A DNA stretch of 64,000 nucleotides, from the NCBI GenBank assembly GCA_047495785.1, contig JBLDXI010000024.1, forward strand, positions 868,001 to 932,000, written 5' to 3'. Positions 1 through 10,058 of this stretch are shown here, one piece after another (position 1 is the first letter of the stretch; each line of letters begins with the position of its first letter). The position numbers were made by a program, and so were the translations under genes. This DNA is from Lepidodermella squamata (lineage: Eukaryota > Animalia > Gastrotricha). Below the pieces are notes generated by a model. The model was not told the origin of the DNA. It did no database searches and worked only from the letters and a program-made list of their open reading frames with translations.

Positions 1-848
1 TTGACGTCGACCCTCGTACTGCGTCGTACGAGACGGTCAAAAGAGCGCTGATCAAGGCGGTTGACAAGCCACCCACGAAGGAAGAACTCATCACGAAGGC
101 GGCGACAATCAAGCAAAAGCAGAAGCAGCCGGTTGACGAACTGATCCGCGAGGTCAGGTTGTTTGGCGAGAAGTTGGTTGAACTAGAGGTGCCGCAAGCG
201 CAAGTCGACGGGCACATGGTCGAGACACTGCGCCGAGCGCTCGCATGCCAGCGCACGCAAGAGAAACTCGCCCGGAAGGTGGTCGCAGGCACTCTAACGT
301 GGGAAGCCGCGTGTGAGATCGCCAGAAGCCAGGAGAAGGTCGCTGAGAGCATGTCAGAAGTCAACGCCAGGACGGCGAGGGACGAGGAGTTGGAGAAATT
401 ACGCAGCATGGTGACTGACCTGGGGTCAAAACTGCAAGCCCTGGCAGACACGAAGTCGAAGGACCAGGAGCTGATCGCGTTTCAAGACGTGAAGATTCAA
501 CAACTTAGCCAGCTCTTACACGTCGCGCAGCAAACGAGTCGCCAGCCAATCAATTCGAACGTGGGCGCTTGGGGCGGGCCAAGTCCCAGACCGCAGCCGG
601 AAAGCGCCAACAGGCAGCCACCAGGCACGGCGCCGGGTAGACCGACAACAAGGAGCGCGAGCAACAACAAGCCGGTCTCGGCAACGCCAAGTCGCAATTT
701 CACAGGTTGTTACGCCTGTCGATATCAAGGTCACGTCGCGCAATACTGCCCGACCACCAAGGAAGGAGCACCGATGGACTCGTGCTACGGTTGTGGGGAG
801 CCTGGTCACGTTCGTCGTGACTGCCCCAAGCCGAACCAAAATTTGTGA
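1..848 (+). CDS. gag: Retrotransposon Gag, 5'-partial, with two C-terminal CCHC zinc knuckles
   Basis: Frame is open from the window start to TGA at 846-848. Knuckles are CYACRYQGHVAQYC and CYGCGEPGHVRRDC. Confidence 0.9.
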   Translation, partial: DVDPRTASYETVKRALIKAVDKPPTKEELITKAATIKQKQKQPVDELIREVRLFGEKLVELEVPQAQVDGHMVETLRRALACQRTQEKLARKVVAGTLTWEAACEIARSQEKVAESMSEVNARTARDEELEKLRSMVTDLGSKLQALADTKSKDQELIAFQDVKIQQLSQLLHVAQQTSRQPINSNVGAWGGPSPRPQPESANRQPPGTAPGRPTTRSASNNKPVSATPSRNFTGCYACRYQGHVAQYCPTTKEGAPMDSCYGCGEPGHVRRDCPKPNQNL

Positions 849-902
849 AGAAGGCCCAGCAAGCCAAGGCGGGCGCTGGACCGAAGTTGGCGGGTTCAGC
901 GC
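839..902 (+). promoter_or_regulatory. Putative -1 ribosomal frameshift signal (slippery heptamer plus downstream RNA structure)
   Basis: A_AAT_TTG at 839-845 is in the gag frame directly before the gag stop, and pol is in the -1 frame. After a 7-nt spacer come a GGCCCAGC/GCTGGACC stem and GCCAA/TTGGC complementarity. Confidence 0.65.
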
Positions 903-2980
903 AGAAGATGGAGGAGAAGAAGGTTGAAGAGGTTGAAGGTAGAATGAAAGCAGCTGAGGTTGACAATAAGGTTGTAAATAACGGCTGGAGTGACAAATTT
1001 CCAAGAAATTTCAGTGGTTGTGTGGTAAGAAAGCTCAAGGATGGTAAATACGTCTACGCGTTAGGTGACGGCTTCAAGTGCGTTCCTTCGGATACATTCC
1101 TGGCAGTAAACGTGCTCATGAAGAACGGTCAGAAAGTCCTGACGTTGGTAGATTGCGGCTCTACGATGTCTCTGGTTAGCGAGGAGGTGGCAAAGGCGTT
1201 CAACTTGTCCGTCACCAAAGCCATCACTTACAAGCTGACCACGGCAGACAGTGGCCGTTTGAACACGATGGGTTGCGGAGAGGTGGACTTTCATCTTGGA
1301 AATTTGAAGTTCAGCCAAAATGTTCAGGTAGTTAAAAATCTCAGCTGCGGGTTGTTGCTGGGCCTTGATTTTCTCATCAGGAATCGGGCAATGGTTGATT
1401 TCCATGAAGGCAGGATCATTTTTCAGAACCGTCATAGCAGCAGCTGGAGCGTTCAGATGCCTAAGGTTGAGAAACACGGAAACGTCATGACCGTGCTCAA
1501 TGCAGAAATAGGGTGGGAGCAACCGGCTCTACCTTACCTGCGCAAAAGGTCGGAAGAATGGTTCCAGGATTGCGAAGACGACGAGCCACGAGAAGAAGGT
1601 GAAGATGATAGCGCACTATTTCCACCAGACGGGTCGAAGGTTGAAGACTTCAGCGCGGTTGAAGTAGGTAGCGAGATATCGGACGAGGCCAAGGCAAAGC
1701 TGTTCAAGCTGATTGGGGACTACAGCGACTGTTTCTCGTTCGACGGCAAGGTTAAAGAGACCAAGTCGGCAACGTTTTCGATCAAGATAACGAACCCAGC
1801 AGCAAAACCGGTCAAGGCCGAGCCGCGAAGGCGGTCCGAGAAAGACCAAGAATTCATCGCCAAGAAGTTCAAGCAACTGGAAGAACAAGGAATTGTCGTC
1901 AAAACAAACACACCCTGGATAAGCGAGGTTGTACTCGAAAAGACGAAGGATCCGGAGAATCCTAGGGTAGCAATCGATTTGACGCCGATCAACGATTTGA
2001 CGGAAGATGAGTCTCAAGAAATACCGCTGATGGCCGACTTGTTGGAAAAAGCCGCTGGACACAAGTTCTACTGCGTACTAGATATGCAAAGCGCTTACTG
2101 GGCCATTCCGGTTGACAAAGAATCGCAAAAGTACCTCGGGGTGAGGACCAGAGACGGCCACTATGCGTTTACGCGCATGCCTTTCGGGTTGAAAAATGCC
2201 GGCACAGTCTATTGCCGAATGATCAGCAAGGTTCTGGACGGGTTGACTTACAAGATCCTGGTCTACTACATGGACGATGTTGTTATCTGGGGTGACACCG
2301 AGGAAGAAATGCTCGCGAGGTTGAAGGAGACGCTTGACAGATTTCGCAGCCACGACCTGCAGATCAAACCGTCAAAGTGTAAGTTGTTTCAGCGCAAAAT
2401 CAAGTTCATCGGGCACGAAATCTCGGAGGATGGTATCTGGGCGCTGCCGAAGCATCTCGAAGCCATTAGAAACTATGAGTTACCGACAACGCCGAAGAAA
2501 ATGCGCGCTTTTCTAGGATTGGCGAGCTTCCTCAGAGGCTTCACGGCCAACATCACTGAGATGACCGCCCCTCTGCGGGACGCGGCGAATGAAGGTGGTA
2601 AACAGATCAGGTGGACAGAAGAAAGGTTGAATGCGTTCAATAACGTCAAGGAAGCGTTTCTGAAAGCTCCAGTTCTGGGCGTTCCAGATCTCAACAAACC
2701 ATTTGTCGTTTACACGGACGCTTCAAACATTGGCATCGGCGCCCTATTGTGTCAGGAGCAGGAGGGAAAGCTAAGGTTGATTTCGTCGGCGAGTCGGTCT
2801 CTCGACAAGGCCGAACGCCGCTATTCGACGATTCATCGCGAAGCATTGGCCATCTATTGGGCGGTCACGAAGAGATTCAAGGTCTATCTGCATGATCGTT
2901 TCGAGCTGCGAACGGATCATCGGCCACTAACCTGGCTAATGTCGTTCAAAGACCCTCCCCCGAAACTCTGGCGGTGGATA
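845..2980 (+). CDS. pol: Pol, 5' part: aspartic protease, reverse transcriptase, RNase H (cut by the TIR insertion)
   Basis: Motifs LVDCGST (protease), LDMQSAYW / MPFGLKNA / YMDD (RT), YTDAS / EALAI / TDHRPL (RNase H). ORF-track residues after RWI are read from the inserted element. Confidence 0.95.
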
Positions 2981-3615
2981 CAGGGTGTTCTTTTTAAAAC
3001 CGAACATCCGCCGCGCGCGTTGGAAAATCGCGTGCTACCGCAAATTTTAATGCACAAAATTAAATATCCTTTTAAAAATATTTTTATTTTATTATATTAA
3101 TATTTTTTTTTAAATAAAAATTTTGTTGCTACGGAAAAGCGTGCTGCGCGATGCCGCGCGTTTTCGCGTTGTAGCCGCTCCGCGCACCGCAAGTTCCCCG
3201 GCGCGCAACTTCATCCCCGTAATTCCGCATTTTATCACCGGTGACGACACCTTTGTTAGTGTTTTTCTGATAGCATTTCAAGCATTTAATAAGGCAGCCG
3301 GCGTCATTTTTTCTAAATATGGCTCAATTAGACGTATGCGCTAAGCCTAAACAAGCCATTTTTATGCCGTTTTTCGCAGATCTTAAGCGTTTAACCCCGG
3401 AAACTTTCACCTAAGTGCGGTTATACCTTGCGGAAACAGTGTTTCTAAGTACAGTAATGTATTCTCTACAAGATTACCACAGCCGTTTTTGTAGGATGAT
3501 GGTTATTTTTAGCACGTCTGCCTTAACAGCCAGCCGGTCTTTCAGAGCATAGATCTCATTATCACCATCTTCAAGGAGGTCTATGCCTTCAAATCACCCG
3601 TCAAAAACACTGTCT

Positions 3616-4720
3616 CTCATTGTTTTCTTGTAAAGCAGAGTAAATACTACTTAGTTACCGTTACTTTTTGGAGAGTCACCGCGGTTTTTCACTTGCTGCT
3701 GCTATGGATGCATTCTGTCGATAAATGGAGTTTTTCGGGATATTCGGAACATTTACAATGTTAGCAAACAATTCAGCGGTCAAATGGGGGCTCAAATGAG
3801 TGAATTCACTAGGAGACATAAATACTTTGACAATGAAACAAGAAAAAGTCGGTGTTGCCATACTAACTCGTGAGCAGGAGGGACTTCCTTCTGCCATATC
3901 TGCTGTGTTAGATCTCATCCTCTGGCCAGATGAACGATCTTCAAGATGGTCCATGTCATGAATTTTGCTTAATTAGCATTGTTACTCATTGTTTTCTGGT
4001 AGAATAGAGTGTAAATTTCTTAGTTACCATGTCTTTTTGGGGGGTCACCGTGGTTTTTCTCGTTTTACGGCTTAGGATGCATTTAGACGTTAAAATGGAG
4101 TTATTCGGGTTTATCGGAACATTTATTGATGCTGGGAAATAATCAACGGTCAGATATGGGTAAAATTGGGTGATTTTGCTTGGAGACTATATCAATATGA
4201 CGACAAAGCAGAAAAAAGCTAGTGTTGCCGCCGTAATTCGAGCGCAGGATCGACTTTCGTCTGCCCTACACACTCTGGTTAGACGTCATCATAGAGTCAG
4301 ATCAGCAACCTTAAGGATAGCCCATTTCATGAAATAATCTGGTAAGAACAATCTTTCTCATGGTTTTCTTGTAGAATAAACTGTATATTTCTTAGTTACC
4401 ATTACTTTTAGGTTGGACAACGCGGTTTTCCGCTTTAAGTGGCTTGGCATGCATTTTTCGGGTTTTTTCGGGTTTTTCGGGATATTTTTGGTCGTAGCAA
4501 ATAATTTAGCGGTTAAATTTTGGCCAACATAAGTGAACTTGCTAAGAGAAGATGTCAGTTTGACAATAAAGCAGAAAAATGCTGGTGTTGCCGCCATAAC
4601 TCGAGCGCTGGGTCGGCTTTCTGATACCATACCATCCTTGTTAGAGGACGTTTCAACGCGTTGTAGCCGCAATCCTTCGTGATTTATGGGGCCATATGAC
4701 GTCGACGCATGAATTTTAGG
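3616..4720. repeat. Three diverged tandem units of about 370 bp inside the TIR element
   Basis: Units start CTCAT(T/G)GTTTTCT at 3616, 3985 and 4357 and share blocks CTTAGTTACC and GTGTTGCC. Confidence 0.85.
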
Positions 4721-5533
4721 CATTGTGTGAATATATAGCTTTAATCGTGTTAAAATTCTGCAAAAGACTTTACCCGTTGACACATTTCAGCCGCTGCTAC
4801 TGGTTTTCAGCGGCCGCATTAGGGCTAAGGTTTGAAATCGTTTGTTTTCGCTTATTCTTCTATTTCTCCGGGAAATTCAGCGGGTGGGGCGCGTTATATT
4901 ATTGTGATTTATTGCGCTTGAAGTTACATCAATCAAATAGTTTACCACTAAAATATTACAAGAAACGTAAAATCTATGCGAGAATGCTGGACTGTTCTTA
5001 CAGGACGCGTAGAATCAGAGATCAAAGGGATGCATATAAAAGACAAAGACTGGCGTGGTGTTAAACTTGCTTTGTTACCGCAGTCTCACAAACAGTTACA
5101 CCCGCCCGCAACTGCGGTTACCGCAGGGAAATTGATGACAGGACACGGGCATCACCACGGAATATTCCCGCCGCTGCCCTGCGCCGCCGCAAACGAGTGA
5201 TCAATGTCTGAATAAGATCTCGGTTATCAGTCCTAAGCGTTGTCTCAGTCATCGGCTGTTTTCAAATCTCCGGCGGATCCAGTGATACCAATGAATTTTT
5301 CGCCGAAAATGATGCTAAATTCTCACTCTTAACGACTCACGCCGCGCGCCGGATGCTGCCAATGATGTTAAAGTTTACATGACGTTTTGTTAAACACTCA
5401 ACTTGATCTGAATGGTGCAAATAAACGGCTGTTCATAGCCTAGCGATGTTGATTTTCCATGCTATGGATGTTAAGGATGCATTTATAGATGCTAAGCGCT
5501 CTCTTTACTTGAAAGCAATCTTGCTATAAGGAA

Positions 5534-5824
5534 TTCCTTACTAAGGATGTCCTTACTAAGCAAGACATCCTTAGCAAGATGGCTTCCAGGCGGTGTCACT
5601 GGTATGCTTGGTAGGAATGGCTTACTCAACAATCCTTACTCCTTACTCAGGCTTCGCCGCTTCAGACTGAGCGATCTAAGGATCTGATCTCAGATGGACC
5701 TGTGCACCTTAAAAGACGCGGCGTAGAGTGAAGAGTGAGTGTCCATAGTTATGACTATTAGGATGACAGTCCTTACTAAGCACCAAGCTACGCTGACTTG
5801 TAAACCACTATCCTTAGTAAGGAA
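5534..5824. repeat. CCTTACTAAG motif cluster bounded by 15-bp inverted repeats (possible nested small MITE)
   Basis: TTCCTTACTAAGGAT at 5534-5548 and its exact reverse complement at 5810-5824. Further motif copies at 5551 and 5771, and a local hairpin at 5537-5578. Confidence 0.6.
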
Positions 5825-6740
5825 CATGACTGATGTTACGAACAGCAGTAAACGAAATAAACTGAGCGGCTAAATCATCGTAATCTAAAATACCTTGTAT
5901 TTTTTCTTTTTGATATTATGAACATGTTCTACGAGACAGCTTTGATGATAACGGTGGTAGCGCCTTTGAGATCAGCTTTAATTAGTCTATAGAAGTTAGT
6001 TACGGCCTCACTGCGGACGACGAAGTATCACACAAGGATGAGAGAACATCGAGGATAAAGAAGGAAGGCAACGTGTCTTCCGCATCAGCAACATCTATGC
6101 CAGTAAATTCGACATGTTTCCCCCCAGCTTTCCGTTTATTTACATGATACCACTGCCCTTTTCATCGTGAAACAGCTAGTTGCATTGCATTTCGCCCAGA
6201 AAAGGGTGCGTTTCTCTGATCCGCGGACTGAAACTTGAGCGACAAGTTTTCAAGGCCGCTTGTTATATCATTAGACTCCTCAAGACAGTAGAAAACCACG
6301 TTGCACCGCCGTCTTCTTGATTCCAGCGGTGGATTTCAACGGCAAGGAAGCGCAATTTAAGGCTTTTTTCACCGATTTTGGGTATACCACATTGCGAAAA
6401 CTGAGACCAAACAAGAAAAAACGGCGCGGCTAAAACATTTAGCTCGCTTAACTGACTTGAATGATGCGCGGCAAGGAGCCGCGCGCTTGCCGGTTACCTT
6501 AGGAACCAGGCGCGAAAACCCTGATTTCAGGCGTTTTAACCGCTAAAATTTAAAAACCGACGCGTCGACGTGGCAACGCGCGCTAAAATTCAAGGGCATC
6601 GTGCAATTGAAAATAAAATTAAAAATTTATATTAAAAGTGATAAAAAATAATTTTAGTAAAATAATTTTCGTAAAATAGCCGGCAAATTTATTTTTCGCG
6701 ACTACGGCAGGATGTTCGGTTTTAAAAAGAACACCCTGTA

Positions 6741-8417
6741 CACGAACTTCAGCAGTTCAAATTCGACGCAGTTTACGTACCAGGCACGTAGCAATACGCC
6801 GATGCCCTCACGAGATGCTTTCCGGAAAAGCTGGAAGAAGAAAGCCACGGTTGTTGTAACATGATTTCCAAGGAGTGCTTCCAAATCGACATGAAAGAAT
6901 TGCGGAGCGAGCAGTTGGTTGACGACGAAATCGGACCCGCAATAAGGGCGAAGTCGGGTGGTCAAAAGGTAGAAAGTGGCGACTGGCGCACGCTTTTGGT
7001 GGCCCGAGAGGACAACGACTTGGTTGAGGACGCTGCAAGGGAAGGCGTCTGGTGCAAAAAGTTGGCAACGGGTGAGTTGGCCATTGTTGTACCAAAGAAA
7101 TTGCGCCCTCTGATTTTGTACCATTCGCACGACTCACCCAACGGTGGACACGTCGGATACCGCAAGGCTATCAGACGAATTCGGGATCAGTTTTGGTGGC
7201 CAGGAATGTTGTCTGACGTCAAAACGCACTGCCAAGGTTGCGCGACATGCCAACTCAGGAAGGCGAGTACGGTAGCGACGAAAGGCCCGCTCAAGTCACT
7301 GGATGCGAAATCCCCGTTCGAAATGATCTCGATTGATTTCGTCGGACCGCTACCCCGAACACGGCGTGGCAACAGGTGGATACTTACAGTGGTCGACCAT
7401 TACACGAAGTGGGCGCAAGCTTATCCCACACGTAATCGAACAGCGGAGACGGTTGCCAGCTGCTTGAAGAAGTTCTTCGCCGATCATGGTGTGTGCGAGA
7501 GGTTGTTGTCGGATCGAGGGGCCGAGTTCGAATCGGACCTGATCGACAAACTGTGTGACGCGTACGCGATCAGAAAAGCACGTACGTCAGCATACACGCC
7601 ATGGGCGAACGGTGTGTGCGAGCGCTTCAACCGCACAATCGGGGACATGTTGGCGACAATGGCGGTTAAGTGGCGCAAGGACTGGGACGACAACATCTCG
7701 CAGGCGCTCAGCGCCTACAGGTCGACGCCGCACGAGGCGACGGGCAAAACACCTTACATGATGGTGTACGGCCGCGAAATGCCACAGCCTCATTACTGGT
7801 TGGCTGGACCTGGCTCAGTGGCGACTTGCAGCCCTAACCCGGTGGACTATGTTCAGACGCTGCAAGAACAGCTACGACAAGTATGGGACGAAGCAACGTT
7901 GGCACTTCAGGCGGCTAGGTTGAAGCGGGAACAGCACTACAACAAGGCCATTGCCGATCCAAAACGTTTCGCGGTGGGCGACAAAGTCCGCAGGTTGATT
8001 GATGTCCGAGAAAACGGAAAATGGGCGGACAGATTCGAAGGGCCATTCGAAATCGTGCGCGTCCCGGAAGAAGGCAACCACGTCTGGCTTATCGACAAGG
8101 CCGGTAACGAAGTTTCGGTAAATGTCCGCAAGCTAATCCACTGGCGTGAACGGCCGAGCAACGTGTGTGTCTTCGGAGAAACGGTTGCACCACCACAACA
8201 GGACCAAATGCAGCCTGCGGCGACGCATCAGGTAGAAAATCGCCAACTGGCATTGGTCCCGGTCAATCAGGTCGACAACGCAGAGGTGCCGGTAGCAGTC
8301 GAAACCCGAGGTAGACGAACTCGCAGTCGACCAGCGTGGATGGACAACGGCCAGTGGGTCCTAAGTGTGCTGAGTCAAGTAGCGAAGGTGTTCTTTCAAG
8401 ATGAAGTGCCGAAATAA
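6741..8417 (+). pseudogene. pol: Pol, 3' part: end of RNase H and integrase (one in-frame TAG at 6789-6791)
   Basis: Reads HELQQFKFDAVYVPGT*QYADALTR, then an HHCC zinc-binding motif (HDSPNGGH...CQGCATC) and DDE core (ISIDFVGP, LSDRGAEF, GVCERFNR). Confidence 0.93.
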
Positions 8418-9000
8418 GGTTGAGAGGTTGTTTATGTGGAAAGATGGTTGTGGAAAGGTGGTTTTTCCTGCGTGAAGAAGTCGGTTTCCTTTGGTGGCCA
8501 GTTGGGGCCAGGGCTCGCTATCTCAGCGGGACATGAACTTACCGACTAACATTTCTTTGTCCATTTACGTTTTCATTGTCATCATGCTTCCTTTTTGGTT
8601 GACCTAATCAACAGTTCACGGGATCGCCCTGAACACTTTACGCTATCGATGGCATTAATTTTTACGCGTTGGTTGTGCCGTAGCAATGTTGTTCGGCGTA
8701 ATTAGTCGTTTTAAAAGTTGTGATATAGCTGTTGTGTGTGTGTGTGGAACCGGTGGTATTACAATTCGAGGTTGTTTACAACATTTTCCAACGAATCAAA
8801 TCGATTTTGAGCGTACGTTACATCAATGGCGGCCCGGCAAGTGTTAGTAAACAGGCCGTGAAGCGCGCGAATAGCAGAAACGCGCGCCTCAGGTTGCATA
8901 ACATTCGCGGGATAGGCGCGTGGCGGTGTCGAGTATATTAAACACGGAAAATCAAGTAATTGGCAATCGCTACTCGTCTGAATTAACTACTGCCCCAGCA

Positions 9001-9522
9001 ATGAACGCGAAGGTAGGCCGGCTCACCGAGAAACTAACAAACGTTATCGCCGACAACATAGGTGAAGTTTCGGCGTTCGACCTCAGCGAGGTTTTTGAAA
9101 ATCTCTCAGCGAAACTCGCAGAGAAAGCTAAGTCAATACAAGCCAAGGTTGAAGAAAAGAGAGCCGCAAAGCCGGAAGTCGCGTCGGTAATTTATCAAAT
9201 TAAAGTCGAAAGAAAACCAGCGACCAAGCGTCTCGGACCGAAGCAAGGGTCAAGCCGTCAAGCTGCGCTGGATCGAGCGAGCAAGTGCCGCTTCTGTGGA
9301 GCAGGGTGGCACCGCCCGATATTCTGTCGAGTCGCCGCCAAGACCACCAGGTGCGACTTCTGCAAGGAGAAGGGGCACTTCAGCTGCAACTGCCCAAAGA
9401 AGATATGCAGAGGGTGCGGCGAGCGTGGCCACATCGTCAACAATTGCCCCAAGGACGCTAACGCCGGCAAGTGTTTCAGATGCGGCAGAACGGGCCACTT
9501 CAAACGTGAATGTCGAGGTTGA
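9001..9522 (+). CDS. Retrotransposon extra ORF (ORF3): helical N-terminus plus four CCHC zinc knuckles, 173 aa from the first ATG
   Basis: Intact ORF between the pol stop and the PPT. Knuckles are CRFCGAGWHRPIFC, CDFCKEKGHFSCNC, CRGCGERGHIVNNC and CFRCGRTGHFKREC. Confidence 0.85.
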   Translation: MNAKVGRLTEKLTNVIADNIGEVSAFDLSEVFENLSAKLAEKAKSIQAKVEEKRAAKPEVASVIYQIKVERKPATKRLGPKQGSSRQAALDRASKCRFCGAGWHRPIFCRVAAKTTRCDFCKEKGHFSCNCPKKICRGCGERGHIVNNCPKDANAGKCFRCGRTGHFKRECRG

Positions 9523-9812
9523 ACGGTCGCAACATTTCTGGTCCTGACGCCATCGCCATCGTCGAGGTAGAATTGCCGTAACACTTCTGGTACGCTATCG
9601 TTGGAAGTTGATTTTTTCCGTGTTGGTATTGCAGTAGGCGCCTTATTCGTTGTAATTTAGTGTTGTACAATTTGGTGATATAACCGTGTTGTGAGAATAT
9701 TGTAATATAATTTGGCTGTTTTTTCCGATGATTTGTTCTCACTCGGTTTTTTTTTCCTGCTGATGCTTCTTTGTCAGGTGAATGGGCGAAAATTCGTAAA
9801 CGAATTTTGATT

Positions 9813-9825
9813 GGGGTGGGGGGTG
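9813..9825 (+). other. Polypurine tract (PPT)
   Basis: GGGGTGGGGGGTG immediately 5' of the LTR start. Confidence 0.75.
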
Positions 9826-10028
9826 TGTGACCGGCGGTCACTTGGCTGGCACGTGCCCGTCGCTGCACCCGTGCCAAGGGACCACCTGTCGCATCCCGCC
9901 AACCCGGAGTCGCGTGCCCTCAGGTTATATAAACTGGCCCTATGTGGCCCTGAAGGACAGTTATCTAGTTGCTACGAATAAAGCTGTTTGGTTGCTATTT
10001 TGTGTTAGTTAAACCGGGGACCCTCACA
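9826..10028 (+). repeat. 3' LTR (203 bp)
   Basis: TGTGA...TCACA terminal inverted repeat after the PPT, with internal TATATAAA (about 9926) and AATAAA (about 9977). The 5' LTR is not in the window for comparison. Confidence 0.8.
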
Positions 10029-10058
10029 AAAATGTTGTCTTTGAACAATATCGAAAGT

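Larger units (their letters stand above)
2981..6738. mobile_element. Non-autonomous Tc1/mariner-type TIR DNA transposon (3758 bp)
   Basis: Perfect 29-bp TIRs CAGGGTGTTCTTTTTAAAACCGAACATCC (2981-3009 and 6710-6738) with TA duplicated at 2979-2980 and 6739-6740. Removing it restores the pol frame (RWI/HELQQFKF). No transposase ORF seen. Confidence 0.93.
1..10028 (+). mobile_element. Ty3/gypsy LTR retrotransposon (5' end outside window), interrupted by a DNA-transposon insertion at 2981-6738
   Basis: Order is gag (CCHC knuckles), protease, RT, RNase H, integrase, extra ORF, PPT, TG...CA LTR. RT-RH-IN order is the Ty3/gypsy arrangement. Confidence 0.96.

Noticed and set aside
497-2697. Antisense ORFs overlapping gag/pol (likewise those over sHSP, POLE and Shal)
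   Set aside because: Shadow frames of real coding sequence with no independent protein features.
2981-3100. C-terminal 39 aa of the 751-aa pol ORF as genuine Pol sequence
   Set aside because: It is read-through into the inserted TIR element; the real frame resumes at 6741.
3616-4720. CRISPR-like array
   Set aside because: The units are about 370 bp and homologous along their length, with no short identical repeats or unique spacers, no cas genes, and a eukaryotic context.
9001-9522. env gene
   Set aside because: No signal peptide, TM segment or fusion-protein features; it is a zinc-knuckle protein.
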